In this document: in pieces, positions 26,726-40,180 of the stretch | Layout of the letters: the number at the start of each line of letters is the position of its first letter | How positions within the stretch are numbered: position 1 is the first letter of the stretch | Origin: Eledone cirrhosa | Taxonomy: Eukaryota | NCBI GenBank assembly: GCA_964016885.1 | Contig: OZ024744.1 | Coordinates: 93,000,001-93,064,000, forward strand | Direction of reading: 5' to 3' | DNA length: 64,000 bases | Notes under the pieces: model-generated | The model's database searches: none | Seen by the model: only the letters and a program-made list of their open reading frames with translations | Told to the model about the DNA's origin: nothing | Program-made: the position numbers and the translations under genes

Positions 26726-26944
26726 TAAAAAGAAAAAAATTAAATTAAATAAATTTATAAATAAAATAAATATATAAAAAGAAAAAAGAAATAAAATATA
26801 TTAATTAAAATAAATATATAAAAATTAAAAAAATAATAAAATATATCAATAAATAAAATAAATAAATATATATATTAAAGAAAAACAAGGACTAGAAGTA
26901 TTTAAGAAGTATTGACATATTGCTTACCATAAGACATTGTTGAA

Positions 26945-27135
26945 AATAATCATATTTTCAAGGTAACATGGATGTTGCTGAGTTAGAGCAGTAAGACCAT
27001 ATTTGTTAGGATATGTATCTTGCTACAAGCAGTGACACATTCTCCAGTGGCAACCTGGTGCAGTCTGTGATTAACCCAGGTTCTGTTGCACTTCAAGTTG
27101 AGGAGGGTAAACTCTCTAAATATCGGCTGTTCTAG
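26945..27135 (+). mobile_element. Degenerate CRE-type retrotransposon RLE fragment
   Basis: + frame ATSSDTFSSGNLVQSVINPGSVALQVEEGKLSKY aligns by eye to DATCTDTF...VTDPGSAARRAEGAKLLKY at 36840-36930. Confidence 0.55.
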
Positions 27136-27294
27136 TGTATGTGTATATTTTTCATGGACACACAGATTCATGATAGTGTAGGTACTAAGTAAAATGAGGT
27201 TTATATTGTAGTTTTCAGTCTGTATAACGAACAAGTATTCTATTTATTGTCTCTACATCAAATTTTTTTTTTTAATTCATGTAATTAATATAGT

Positions 27295-27535
27295 CTTATT
27301 GCAGGAACAGTGCAAGGAAAGAGAAGGCGGGGTAGACAAAAGAAGTGGTGGACAGACAACTTAGTTGAGTGGTCAGAGAAAAACTTAGCCACCATCCAAG
27401 CACTCACCCATGACCATCAAAGATGGGAGGGGGGGGGGGCAGTTGGTACAGTATTCAACACTGCAATGTCCCAATAATCTTGAAAAGGGTTAAGGGACCG
27501 TGATGATGATGATGATGATGATTATGATTATGATG
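27295..27535 (+). mobile_element. RTE-like LINE 3' fragment with (GAT)n tail
   Basis: LLQ/GTVQGKRRRGRQKKWWTDNLVEWSEKNLATIQALTHDHQRW. Confidence 0.65.
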
Positions 27536-27809
27536 AGGAGTTAGGATCAAGGCCTTATTATTCGTAAGACTGACTAGTTTTAATGCTAGGAGGTCCCACA
27601 GTGTCAAGGACCAAGACTAGGAGCCTTGCTGGGACCTAGAGCCCAGTCAATGGGTTAACCTGTTGACTGCTACATATATTTTACACAGCTACAGTTGCTG
27701 TGCCGGGTTTTTTTTTCAGTAAAATGACTATTTTTTTAAACAAACATTTATTAACAACACATATCTGAATGATTGACAAACATCACATCAATAAACTAGT
27801 AACCCCATC

Positions 27810-27935
27810 TAGCTTTGAAGTTACGAAATGAGTTCATAACTTTGAAGTTATGAACTGCCTGAAACGAGTTCATAACTTTGATGTTATGAACTGTTGGAAA
27901 CGAGTTCATAACTTTGAAGTTATGACAGTTGGAAA
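27810..27935. repeat. 36-bp minisatellite with internal inverted repeat
   Basis: ctttgaagttatgaactgcctgaaacgagttcataa, about 3.5 copies; ttatgaact/agttcataa. Confidence 0.75.
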
Positions 27936-28569
27936 AGAATTCAAACATGTTAGGATTAGTTATCTCATCCGTGGCACTAGAATGCATACATGTTAGGACG
28001 AGTTACTTCGTCTATAGCACTGAAGAGGTTAATATGGTCATGGTTAGAATTCTAAAATAGTCAAAAGTCTGTCTCAATCCTGAATGATCATTAGGCCAGT
28101 GATTACCCATGGTTTTATTAACATTAAGCAAGTGAAAGTACATGATACACCCCCCTGGATAGGATGCCAATCCATCACAGAGTTAATCCCCACTCATAGC
28201 TACTGTTGGCATTCATTTTCAACTAAGTATACTGGATTAATTTGAAATTAAGTGTTTTGGTCAAGAACTCAACACACAACCCAGTCTGAGAATGGAACCT
28301 ATGACATTATGATCCTAAAACCAAAACCTTAACCCCTAGGCCACACATCTTCACAAAGTTAGGTGTGAGGTTAATGAAAAACGTGACCAGCTATAATTAA
28401 TGTATAGGGTACAGATCAAGGGGCATAACTATAGTTTCAGTCAGTAAGTAGACTGTGGCCATGCTAGGGCACCACAGACCTGCCAATTTCTAAAAACCCA
28501 AATGGGGAGTACCATGAAAAAAAGTATCCCAAAACAGGGAGAAATAGGGAAAAATTAGGAGATTTTACT

Positions 28570-28715
28570 ATAGGCACAAGGCCAGCAATTTTTTTTGTGG
28601 GGGAGACAATTAAATCGACCCGGGTGCATTACTGGTGCTTTATTTTATCGACCCTGTGAGGATGAAAAGCAAAGCTAACCCTGGCGGGATTTGAACTCAG
28701 AACGTAAAGGGCCAT
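28570..28715 (-). mobile_element. SINE family 2 fragment
   Basis: tttattttatcgaccc...ggatgaaaagcaaagctaaccctggcgggatttgaactcagaac. Confidence 0.7.
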
Positions 28716-29004
28716 AATGCTATAAAAGCTATGCCCATTTTCACAAGAGAAGTTATTTCTCACCCACCCCAAAGTGGGTGGCAGATCTCATCGTTGGATA
28801 GAGATAGTTGTCAAGTCTGGCACCACCATGAAGTCAATCATATCGACACCAGAACTTATTTTATCAATGTCTTTGTTGTCAAACCTCTAAGTTACGGAAC
28901 ATAAATACTGATACACCTGTCATACGACATGTGTATCAGTGAGAGCATATTTTTGTTATTGTAGGTAAGATTAGATAATGTTACACAGGTAAAGTAATTA
29001 CAAT

Positions 29005-29322
29005 TTCTTCTTCTTCTTCTTCTTCTTCTTCTTCTTCTTCTTCTTCTTCTTCTTTTTCTTTGCCTTCTTCTTCTTCTTCTTCTTCTTCTTCTTCTTCTTC
29101 TTTTTCTTTGCCTTCTTCTTTGCCTTCTTCTTCGTTGCCTTCTTCTTCTTCTTCTTCTTCTTCTTCTTCTTCTTCTTCTTCTTCTTCTTCTTCTTCTTCA
29201 TCATCATCATCATCACCATCACCATCATCCTCATCATCATCATCATCACCATCACCATCATCCTCATCCTCATCATCATCATCATCATCACCATCACCAT
29301 CATCCTCATCATCATCATCATC

Positions 29323-29354
<32 letters not shown>

Positions 29355-29640
29355 CATCATTTTCTTCCTCCGCCTTCCTCTTCTTCTTTGTGCCCACCAC
29401 TTAATAATTCTGAGAGGGTTGTAGAGCAAGAGTGCTCAAACACTCCTTCCAGCGGGTCCTGTCAAAAGCAACCATCTCCAATTGATCCTGGTTGGATCTC
29501 CAAGTATGACCAACCAAGCTCATGGATGTTATCCAACCATATCTCTCTCAAAGTCTACACTTGGGTCTCTTTTCCAGTTGGTTTTGCCCATAAAAATCTG
29601 TCCAGCCATTCTTTCCTGAGACGTTCTAACCACATGCCAA
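29005..29640 (-). mobile_element. RTE-clade LINE 3' fragment with expanded (GAT)n/(GAA)n tail
   Basis: Homologous to 9740-9990; microsatellite 29005-29380. Confidence 0.7.
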
Positions 29641-29964
29641 TATTATGAGAGTACCAGTAATGCACTGGGTAATTGCTGGCCTTGTGCCAAAAGTAGAAAC
29701 AATATTATGAGAGCTATGAAATACTAATTTAGAAAACAAAACAAAAACTATTAACTTAAATATTAAGATTAAAAAATCAAACAAAAGCAAATTCTCCTTT
29801 ATATATTTTCAATAAATATATGTTATCAATAAATATATATTATCAATAAAAAATATTACTTCAATGCTTTGATGATGAGGGGGGTAGGGATTTGGGAGAA
29901 ATTTTATAATAAAAATCATAAAATTTCCAATTGAGTAATATTTTTCATTATATAACTTACATAA

Positions 29965-30465
29965 AGGTGGTGGATTGGCAGTATCGGTAGAGCGTCAGAC
30001 ACCATGTTTTGTGGCATATAGTTACGGTCTTTTATATTCTGAGTTCAAATCCCACCGAGGTTAGTTTCGCCTTATATCCCTACAGGGTCAATAAAATAAA
30101 GTACCTGTAATGCACTGGCGTCGATTAATCGACATTCCCTCTCCCCCCAAATTACAGGCCTTCTGCCTAATTTACATAAGGCTGGTGGATTAGCAGAATC
30201 AGTAGAGCGTCGGACAACATGCTTAGAAACATAGAGTTACGACCTTTTACACTCCGAGTCCAAGTTTTAAATCTCGCTGAGATTAGCTTTGCCTTATATC
30301 CTTATAGGGTCGATAAAATAAAGTACCTGTAATGCACTAGGGTCGATTTAATTGACTTCACCTCCCCACCCCTTCTCCAGATTGCTGGCCTTGTTCCTAA
30401 ATCAGAAACTATTATATAACTATTATATAACTATTATATAACTATTATATAACTATTATATAACT
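29965..30465 (+). mobile_element. Two head-to-tail SINE family 2 copies followed by an 11-bp repeat
   Basis: Heads ggtggattggcagtatcggtagagcgtc and ggtggattagcagaatcagtagagcgtc; B-box gagttcaaatcc; (aactattatat)n at 30407-30465. Confidence 0.8.
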
Positions 30466-31089
30466 TATTGAAATATTTATATTAATAAAAACAAGATAAA
30501 TAAATATATGAAATAAATAATATTAAATTTCACTCAGAAAAACACTATAAGCATTCACTCTTCATTCATAAGTTTCTATATATCAATTCATTATTTTTAT
30601 TTAATGAGAAAGATTTTTGAACATTTCAAAGAAGCCAGACAAACAGAAATCACATGCTCAAAGTCCTGAACCCCATGAAACCTCATTACAAACATATTCT
30701 TGAAAAGTACAAAACAGCATTATGACTGTATCACATTAACTCTTAAAGTCCGGAATCTCATGAAACTACATTACCAAGATATTCTTGAAAAGTACAAAAC
30801 AGCACTACGGTTACGTCACATTAAAAATTGAAGTCTTTAATTTAATACTGCAAATTTTCACAACAATCTGTCCACGAGTAAAGATACTATAAACATTTGA
30901 ATTAACAAACCATATGAAACTACATTAGCAAGATATTCTTGTAAAGTACAAAACATTATGACTGAATTACATTAAAAATTGAAGTCTTTTGTCAACTGTA
31001 AATTTTCACAATGATTTGTCCACTAGTAAAGATACTATAAACATTTGGATTAACAAACCATACAATGTTGAGATTAAAGGAAATATGTT

Positions 31090-32092
31090 ATGTGGTTGTG
31101 CTGGTGCCATGACAAAAAACACCCAGTTCACCCTGTAAGATGGTAGTGCTGGTACCATAATGAAAAAATACCCAGTCTACCCTGTAAGGTTGTAGTGCTG
31201 GTACCATAATGAAAAAATACCCAGTCTACCCTGTAAGGTGGTTGTGCTGGTACTACAACAAAAACCACCCAGTCCACCCTGTAAGGTGGTTGTGCTGGTA
31301 CTACAACAAAAACCACCCAGTCCACACTATAAGGTGGATGTGGGGCTACTACAACAAAAAGCACCCGGTCCACCCTGTAAGGTGGTAGTGCTGGTACTAC
31401 AACAAAAAGTACCCAGTCCACCCTGTAAGGTGGTTGTGCTGGTACTACAACAAAAACCACCCAGTCCACCCTGTAAGGTGGTAGTGCTGGTACTACAACA
31501 AAAAGCACCCAGTCCACCCTGTAAGGTGGTTGTGCTGGTACTACAACAAAAAGCACCCAGTCCACCCTGTAAGGTGGTAGTGCTGGTACTACAACAAAAA
31601 GCACCCAGTCCACCCTGTAAGGTGGTAGTGCTGGTACTACAACAAAAGTACCCAGTCCACACTATAAGGTGGTTGTGCTGGTACTACAACAAAAACCACC
31701 CAGTCCACACTATAAGGTGGATGTGGGGCTACTACAACAAAAAGCACCCAGTCCACCCTGTAAGGTGGTAGTGCTGGTACTACAACAAAAGTACCCAGTC
31801 CACACTGTAAGGTGGTTGTGCTGGTACTACAACAAAAACCACCCAGACCACCCTGTAAGGTGGATGTGGGGGTACTACAACAAAAGTACCCAGTCCACGC
31901 TGTAAGGTGGTTGTGCTGGTACTACAACAAAAAGCACCCAGTCCATGCTGTAAGGTGGATGTGGGGGTACTACAACAAAAGTACCCAGTCCACACTGTAA
32001 GGTGGTAGTGCTGGTACTACAACAAAAAGTACCCAGTCCACACTCTAAGGTGGATGTGGGGGTACTACAACAAAAAGCACCCGATCCACCTG
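31090..32092 (-). repeat. 48-bp minisatellite (about 20 copies), reverse-orientation relative of the 50690-59832 satellite
   Basis: Unit aggtggttgtgctggtactacaacaaaaagcacccagtccaccctgta; reverse complement shares tacag-gtggactgggtgctttttgttgt. Confidence 0.92.
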
Positions 32093-32547
32093 GTGGTTGT
32101 GATGGTGATGGTGATGATGATGATGAGGGAGATGATGATGACACAATGTTGAAAACAACAGAAATATGTTGATTTGTTGAGCCCTGCTAAGCATGAAACA
32201 AATGAATGATAAAATACTCTCAGTTTAAGATATAAAATGACTAGTTGGCTGGTTGGCTAGTTGGTTGGTTGGTTGGTGTTAGGAAGAACATCTAGCTATA
32301 GAAAACCTGCCCTGCCTCCAATCTTGACCTCAACTCATTCACACTGTACTATAATTACTAAGTACTTCACTACACCACCATGTAAACTAAAGTAGACTTC
32401 AATATTTAATATGATACAGTCAGAGAGTACAAAGTGATCACAACACTACAACCAGTCTAACCCATGCAAGAATGGAAATTATACAGAAACTGTGTAATAT
32501 GACAGCTGCAGCTTGAAAAAATCTGTCTCTGCCATATTAGTATTTCG

Positions 32548-33845
32548 CCCTTTAGCATTTACATTACTCTATATTTACTATTGTATTTTCATGGTAAACA
32601 CTTTATTTTACATAATTTTTTAAGTCCCCTAATATGAGTGATGAGAATATTCAATAACTATATGCAACCTTTTAACCCTTTCAGGACCTTATTTCTAATG
32701 AAGTAGTTTGTGTGTGTTTTAATTACCAGCCATATCTGGCCAGAATTCTCTCACCTCTTTCTGTTCAAACCAGCTGTAACTGGCCACTCATGTTGATATT
32801 AGACAATGTTCTCAAAATAAATATCAAAATCTCATAGATTCGATATTATATGAGATAACTATGTGAGGTAAAGTGTTTACCATAAAAATATAATAGTAAA
32901 TATAGAGTAAATTAAATGCTAAATTGTAAAGCAAGTTTTTATTGGTGGCTTTGTTTTCAAAGTGTTATTTACACATAATGACATTCAATGATCACTTTGC
33001 ATTTGTTCTAGGTGGATCTACGTTTGGATTTAGGTGTGAGATAATTATGTGAGGCAAAGCCTTTACCATGAAAATACAATAGTATATATAGAGTAATGTA
33101 AATGTTATGTGAGATATGTGAAGTAAAGCCTTTACCATGAAAATACAATAGTATATATAGAGTAATGTAAATGTTATGTGAGATAATTATGTGAGGTAAA
33201 GCCTTTACCATGAAAATACAATTTTATATATAGAGTAATGTAAATGCTATGTGAGGTAAAGCCTTTACCATGAAAATACAATAGTATATATAGAGTAATG
33301 TAAGTGCTATGTGAGGTAAAGACTTTACCATGAAAATACAATAGTATATATAGAGTAATGTAAATGCTATGTAAGGTAAAGCCTTTACCATGAAAATACA
33401 ATAATATATATAGAGTAATGTAAATGTTATGTGAGGTAAAGCCTTTACCATGAAAATACAATAATATATATAGAGTAATGTAAATGTTATGTGAGGTAAA
33501 GCCTTTACCATGAAAATACAATAGTATATATAGAGTAATGTAAATGTTATGTGAGGTATTATGTGAGGTAAAGCCTTTACTGTGAAAATACAATAGTATA
33601 TATAGAGTAATATAAATGCTATGTGAGGTATTATGTGAGGTAAAGCCTTTACCATGAAAATACAATAGTATATATAGATTAATGTAAATGTTATGTGAGG
33701 TATTATGTTAGGTAAAGCCTTTACCATGAAAATACAATTTTATATATAGAGTAATGTAAATGTTATGTGAGGTATTATGTTAGGTAAAGCCTTTACCATG
33801 AAAATACAATTTTATATATAGAGTAATGTAAATGCTAAAGGGTTA
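32548..33845. mobile_element. MITE-like element with tandemly amplified right terminal repeat (about 60-bp units, 33045-33845)
   Basis: Left end ccctttagcatttacattactctatat...ttttcatggtaaa is the reverse complement of the array unit and of its terminus atatagagtaatgtaaatgctaaaggg. Confidence 0.7.
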
Positions 33846-33927
33846 CAATAGATTTTTTTTTCTTTATTTGGTGGGATTTAGTAAAAAAAAATAATGTTTT
33901 TATTGTTAAGTTGGTTTTTAGAACATA

Positions 33928-36900
33928 TTGTAAGCGCGTCCATTGAGAATATCGTCGTTGACAAACGGCTCAGTTGCTCGCATGTGTGCGTGCTCAACTC
34001 TGGGTCTTTCCGCTTGGAACAACCCCTTGTTCCCCACCCTCCCTTTTTTGTGTACATCCATTCACTCATTCATTTACTGCCATTCTACCTTCCTTTGTCT
34101 CCCCCTCCATGCAGCCCCTTTTCGCTCTCGTTTTCTGGCACCTCCATATAGGTGAGCTATGCTGCTCTCTTACCAGCACTTTCCCTTCCGACCACACACA
34201 CCAGCCACCCACCCCTAATGCCGCTCGGTGCCCCAGTCACCGGCCCATGCTCCATCCCCCACCCCTCCAAATCGACACATTGCGGCACCACTAACAAACA
34301 GAAGGGGGGGGGGGGGGGAAGAACTTTTGGGGTGCGGCTGCTTCCACCACCTCACCTGCGTTGGCTTGACTCGTGGAGCTTCCAATGCCCTCGCAGCGTG
34401 GAGGTGCAGGAGCTGCCTCTTCCCCACGTCTTCCCAGCCACAGTCGTCTGGCACACCACCAGATGGGACAGCGAGCTTGCCTGACGCCCAAGCCTCGCTG
34501 GTCAACATCGCTCGGCTCACGTGGCTCCGGAAGATCCCACTCAGGATCCCGAGAGTGGCACGGGTGCCGGTGGCCGATGCCCTCGCTTCATCGATTGAGA
34601 ACGCCCTGGACTCCAATCGAGCCAGTGACTGGGAGCGGCTGTTCTATTTCGCCCCACTCGCCCTCAGCCTCCCCAGCTCTGGCGCTGACCAGGGCGGCCG
34701 GTCAACAGCGCCCATTCCAAGCATGCCCAGGGACGCCACACACCCCACCCTCAGGTACCCCCTATCCTCTACCCCTAAGGCCAGCGCCAAGCGTTTGCGT
34801 GACCAGGTAAACGCAAAGCTTATCATGGGTGATGTCTCAGCCACAGTCAGAGTTGTTGCCTCAGAGGACACTGTCCTCCAACCCAGCAAGGAGATCCTGG
34901 CTGCTCTGCGGCTCAAACACCCTGAGCCACCCACTGATCTCAGACCCATACCCCCACCTGCTCCTTGTGGCTACTGATGCAGATATCATGTCCGCCATCA
35001 GGTCCTTCCCAGCTAGCCGCTGCGGAGGTGTTGATGGTCTCTGACCAGGCCACCTCAAGGAGTTGACATCCCCCCTCTCTGCTGAGGCCGGGCGCTGCCT
35101 TCTGAGTGCAATTGTGGTGCTCACCAATAGGCTCATTCATGGTGCCCTCGACCCTTATGCCCGAGGCCTCTTTTTTTCGGCCAGCCTCACCGCTCTCAGG
35201 AAGAAAGAGGGTGGCATACGCCCCATTGCTGTGGGCAATGTCTTCCGGAAGCTGGCTGCCAAGGTGATCAGCAAGTCCGTCACACACGAACTGGGTGAAG
35301 AGTTTAGTCCGGTGCAACTGTGTGTCGGGAGGGAGCCTCTCATGCAATCAGGCAGTTCTTCAGCAGATGCCCATCGGTACCGGCATCCAGGGACTCCAGG
35401 CACCTCATTGTCAAGCTTGACATGAGGAATGCCTTTAACTCTTTATGCCGGGATCATCTGCTCAAGGCCTGCCTCAGCCTAGCCCCCTATGCCTACCTGC
35501 TGGCCTACCTGTCATATGGAGCCCCGAGCATGCTCCTAGCTGCTGATACGGTCATACCCTCGGCTACTGGGGTCCAACAGAGCGACCCTTTGGGACCCCT
35601 CCTGTTCGCCCTTGGTATTGACCACATCGCCCGGAGTATCACGGCCCCTCTCAACGTTTGGTATCTGGATGATGCTACGTTGGGCGGGCCCGTATGGACG
35701 GTCTGCCAAGACCTTCAATCGGTGATTCCTGCCATGGCGGGAATCGGCCTCCAGGTCAACTCAGCCAAATCGGAGGTGGTGAACGTCAGCCTCGATGCTG
35801 TGAGCTTTGCAGCCTCCGTCTTGACGTGCGGTCCATTCTCCGCCAGGTTCAGGAGACCCCCAAAGAGGATGTCCTCATCCTCGAGTCACCGATCCACCCG
35901 CCGGCCATCCGCTCCACCATCAGGTCCAGGCTTCAACAGCTCCAGACTCTCACGAGCCGACTGGGCTTGATTGACGGCCACCCAGCTCTCTTTCTGCTGA
36001 GGAACTGCTTTGCCATGCCGAAGCTCCTCTATACACTCTGCAGCGCTCCATGCTACACCCAGACATCTCTCCTTGCTGACCTCGATACTTGTATCCGAGC
36101 AGCAACCAAGGGGATATGCAACGTCAAGTTTGACGACATTGGATGGCAACAGGCCACTTTACCGGTCAGGTATGGCGGCCTAGGCCTCCGGTCCCCGATT
36201 TCACTAGCTTTTCCGGCGTATCTTTCGTCGGTAACCTCGTGTCGCGTCCTCGTCAGCAGGGTTCTTCAAAACACAACAGAACCCTCTGTGTTCAGAGAAC
36301 GTGAGGTCGCCTGTGAGACATGGGACCGGCTGGGACTTAGCCCAGTAGACATCCCTCCTCCTTCTCCCCCTGTTGGCGTCCAGTCCCCCCAACGCACTTG
36401 GGATGCCATCCAGTGCAGCCTAGCCTCAGACAGGCTCACGCGCCAACTCGACCAGCACCGCCTTGCTTGTTTTCGTGCGGCCTCCAAACCCCACAGTGGT
36501 GCCTGGCTCCATGCTCTGCCCTCCTTCTCCACTGGCATGCAGCTAGACAACCATAGCCTGCAAATCGGCGTTTCCCTGAGGTTCGGCCTCCGGATCTGCC
36601 AGCCACACCAATGTCACTGCGGTTCCACCGTGGACTCTTTCGGCCTCCACCCACTTTCCTGTTGCCACAGTGCCGGCCGCATTCCATGCCATACTGCCCT
36701 CAACGAGGTCATTAAGCGTGGCTTGGACGCTGCAGGCTTCCCTTCCCAGCTCGAGCCGGTGGGGCTGGATCGAGGGGACGACAAAAGGCCAGATGGCATG
36801 ACCATCTTCCCGTTCCGCGGTGGCAAACTCCTCATCTGGGATGCCACTTGCACTGACACTTTCTGCAGTCTGTGACTGACCCAGGTTCTGCTGCACGTCG

Positions 36901-37225
36901 GGCTGAGGGGGCCAAACTCCTCAAATACTGGTCGCTTTCCGACAGGTTTGCGGTTGTCCCCCTGGCAGTGGAAACTTCTGGTGTCCTCGGCCCCAGGGCT
37001 ACCTCCTTACTCACCACCATAGGCGCTGAGCTGGCCAGCCGTAGGTGTGAGCCCCGCGAGTTGGAGTGGCTTTTCCAGCGTGTCTCCCTTGCCATCCTCT
37101 GGGGAAACGCCTTCTCCATTCTGTCCGCCGGGGCTGTGGGTGGGCCCCATCGCATACCAATACATTAGTTAAATACCATTCTTTCATCACAAAGAAATTA
37201 TATTACTATTCCCCATCTATCACCA
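33928..37225 (+). mobile_element. CRE-type non-LTR retrotransposon (RT plus restriction-like endonuclease), near full length, frameshifted
   Basis: GC-rich island; RPIAVGNVFRKLAAK, DMRNAFNSL, GVQQSDPLGPLLF, WYLDD, ATLPVRYGGLG, CHCG...H..SC, RPDG...WDAT, VPLAVETSG, QRVSLAILWGNA across ORFs 34228-37168. Confidence 0.9.
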
Positions 37226-37706
37226 TCTACAAAAGGTTCTAACATAAAACTATGTTAGATAGATTTAATTTGAATAAACATTTTATAATGAGATGTTTTA
37301 TAAAATAGAACCAGGGGCGATTTAGTATGAAATGGGTTAAACATGATTCATTTGTTTATCACTTTGAAATGTAGGTTAAGTCCAGACTTCCTCAGTGAAA
37401 AAACAAAAAACCGAGAGTAGTTGTAGTCAGAAGGCAAATAATTTATAGAAGCAGGTAAATGGAAAGTTAAGATTTATGCCATTACTTTTAAATAAAGTAA
37501 AATGCCTTCAAGCAAGAATTAACCCCAAATCTGTATGGTACTAGAATAAAAATAATGCACACAGCTACAGAAACCAAGACAAAACGACATCTTTGGAGCT
37601 ATTAATAAGTCTTTGACATATTGAAAGAAAAACATTTTTTTGCTTAAGATTATAACTGGTTTTTTTTTTATTAACCTCATCTTTAAAGATGAAATAATTT
37701 TTAGTG

Positions 37707-37900
37707 AGGGCACATTGCTTAGTGGTTAGAGTGTTGGGCTTCCAATCAGGTGGTTCTGAATTTCATTCTTGGACTGGGTTATGTGTTGTGTCCTTGAGCA
37801 AGACATTTTATTTCATGTTGCTCCAGTTTACTCAGCTGTATAAATGAGATGCGATGTCACTGTTGCTAAGCTGTATTGGTCATTGCCTTTCTCTAGGACA
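37707..37900 (+). mobile_element. CORE-like SINE variant
   Basis: ttagtggttagagtgttggg...tgtgtccttgagcaagac...ccagtttactcagctgtataaatgag. Confidence 0.7.
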
Positions 37901-38045
37901 ACATTGGTGGCATGAGTTTTTATGTAGGTGTGGTGAGCAACATATATTCTAGCCATTAGAAAAAGCAAAATGAATGTTATACTTTTGAAAGAAGGATGCT
38001 CGAGAAGAACAAGAAGAAGAGAAGTTTTTAATATTCGTATTTACA

Positions 38046-38470
38046 AAGGGGAATGGATTAGTAGTATCAGTAGAGCATCAGACATGTTTTACAGCATAGA
38101 GTTATGACCCTTTATGTTCTGAGTTCAAATCCTGCCAAGGTTAGCTTTATATTTCATCCTCATGCAGTTAATAAAATAAAGTACCTGTTATGTACTGGGG
38201 TTGATTTAATCAACTTTCCTCTTCCCTTCAAACTGCTGCCCCTGTGCCAAAAGTAGAAATAATATTCACATCTACGAAGAGTTGTGGATTGGCTGAATTG
38301 ATAAGGCATCAGATAAAATGTCATTGAAATATCTATCTATTCTAGCTTTTTATATTCTGAGTCCCAAGACCTGCTGAAATCAACTCTGTCTTTCATCCAT
38401 CTGGGGTTGATAAAATAAAGTAGCAGTCAAGTACTAGGGTCGATTTAACCAAATTTGCCCTTCCACTCCT
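38046..38470 (+). mobile_element. Two degenerate tandem SINE family 2 copies
   Basis: gagttcaaatcctgccaagg...taaaataaagtacc; second copy ggggttgataaaataaagtagc. Confidence 0.65.
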
Positions 38471-38723
38471 AAACTTGTACATTAAAATATGTAAATGTAA
38501 TTATCAGAAATCAATATTCACATCTATACTAGTTCTGAATAATTTAAAACTCTTATCTGTTAGATATCTGACAGATGTGCAATTAACTTTTTCATTACCA
38601 GATCCCCCTTTTTTTTTAAATAATAGTGAATTTGGAAGGATTTAGTAATATAAGTAAATTTCTGATTATTAAGTTGATATTTGGAACATAACCTAAAAAA
38701 ATGTTCTTACATAAAATTATAAT

Positions 38724-38871
38724 TGTTTCTACTTTAGGCACAAGGCCAGCAATTACCCAGTGCATTACTGGTACTTTATTTTATCGACCCCGTAAGGATG
38801 AAAGGCAAAGTCAACCTCGGCGGGATTTGAACTCAGATTGTAAAGGGGCGTAACTATGCTGGAAAGCATGG
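38724..38871 (-). mobile_element. SINE family 2, 5'-truncated, 14-bp TSD
   Basis: TSD cataaaattataat at 38710-38723 and 38872-38885. Confidence 0.85.
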
Positions 38872-39491
38872 CATAAAATTATAATGGAAGGTTTTTAGAT
38901 AAATATAAACATATTGAGCCTTTTGTTACTATATTTCTAATGAAAGACACTGTCAATAGTTTTTCAAATAATATTTATAAATCAAGAATTTGGAGTGATT
39001 AAGTAATATAACTAAACTTTCTTGCTATTAAGCTGGTGTTTGGAACATAACTTAACAAAGGGTCTTGTATAAAACTTATGAGGGAAGGTTTTAGATAAAT
39101 ATAAACACTTTAATCCTTTTGTTACCATATTTCTAATGAAAAACACTGCCTATGCTTTTTAAATAATATTTATAAATAATCAAGAATTTGGAGGGATTTA
39201 GTAATATAACTAAATTTCTCGTTATAAAGTTGGTATTTGGAACATAACTTAACAAAGGTTCTTACATAAAATTATAATGGAAGGTTTTTAGATAACTATA
39301 AACACTTTAACTATTTCATTACCATATTTCTAATTAAAAACGCTGCCTATGGTTTGTCAAATCATTTTTTTTTAAATAATCAAGAATTTGGAGGGATTTA
39401 GTAATAAAATTTATCAATATAAAGTTACTGTTTGGAACATAACTTAACAAAGGTTCTTACTTAAAATTATAATGGAAGGTTTTTAGATAAC

Positions 39492-39826
39492 TTATTGAAT
39501 TACTCACATTGTTCCAATTATGTATAACAGTAGTCATGCCATGAGTCATCAACTCCTTATGTAGGTGTGTGTGTAATTAAGTGTGTGTGTAATTAAGTGT
39601 GTCTGTGTAATTAGAGTAGCAATAGTATTGGTAACAACTACAGTAGATAATGCCTCCGTATCTCTTGCTCTCCCCATCTCTCACTATTATAAGCAAATGA
39701 GGGCCCTCAAAGGATGGTGAGTGTGAGACATTGGAAAGGAAAAACAATGTGGGTTGACAACTCTGTTGATGGTGGTGAGTAGGAAGGCGGCCCTAGGGCC
39801 AAGGACACCAGAAGTCTCCACTGCTA
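39492..39826 (-). mobile_element. CRE-type retrotransposon 3' fragment
   Basis: Reverse complement gcagtggagacttctggtgtccttggccctagggcc matches 36965-37000 (AVETSGVLGPRA). Confidence 0.7.
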
Positions 39827-39993
39827 TTTTGTTACCATATCTCTAATGAAAGACACTGCTCATGATTTTTCAAATAATTATTTTTTTAAAATAATCAAGA
39901 ATTTGGAGGGATTTAGTAATATAACTAAATTTATCATTATTAAGTTGGAATTTGGAACATAACTTAACAAAGAATCTTACATAAAATTATAAT

Positions 39994-40180
39994 TGTTTCT
40001 AATTTTGACACAGGGCCAGCAATTATCACAGTGTATTACTATTACTTTATTTTATCGACCCCGTAAGAATGAAAGGCAAAGTTAACCTCGGCGGGATTTG
40101 AACTCAGATCATAAAGAACCGTAACTCTTTGCTGCAAAGCATGGCGTTTGACCCTCTACCAATACTGCCAATCCACCGCC
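39994..40180 (-). mobile_element. SINE family 2, full length, 18-bp TSD
   Basis: TSD cttacataaaattataat at 39976-39993 and 40181-40198; head ggcggtggattggcagtattggtagag. Confidence 0.88.

Noticed and set aside
26928-27219. Minus-strand exon bounded by AG and GTAAG
   Set aside because: All three frames contain stops, and the plus strand is better explained as a CRE fragment
28981-29429. Acidic, poly-Lys and poly-His ORFs (also 9301-9741, 21830-22123, 49742-50583)
   Set aside because: Trinucleotide expansions, mostly retroelement tails
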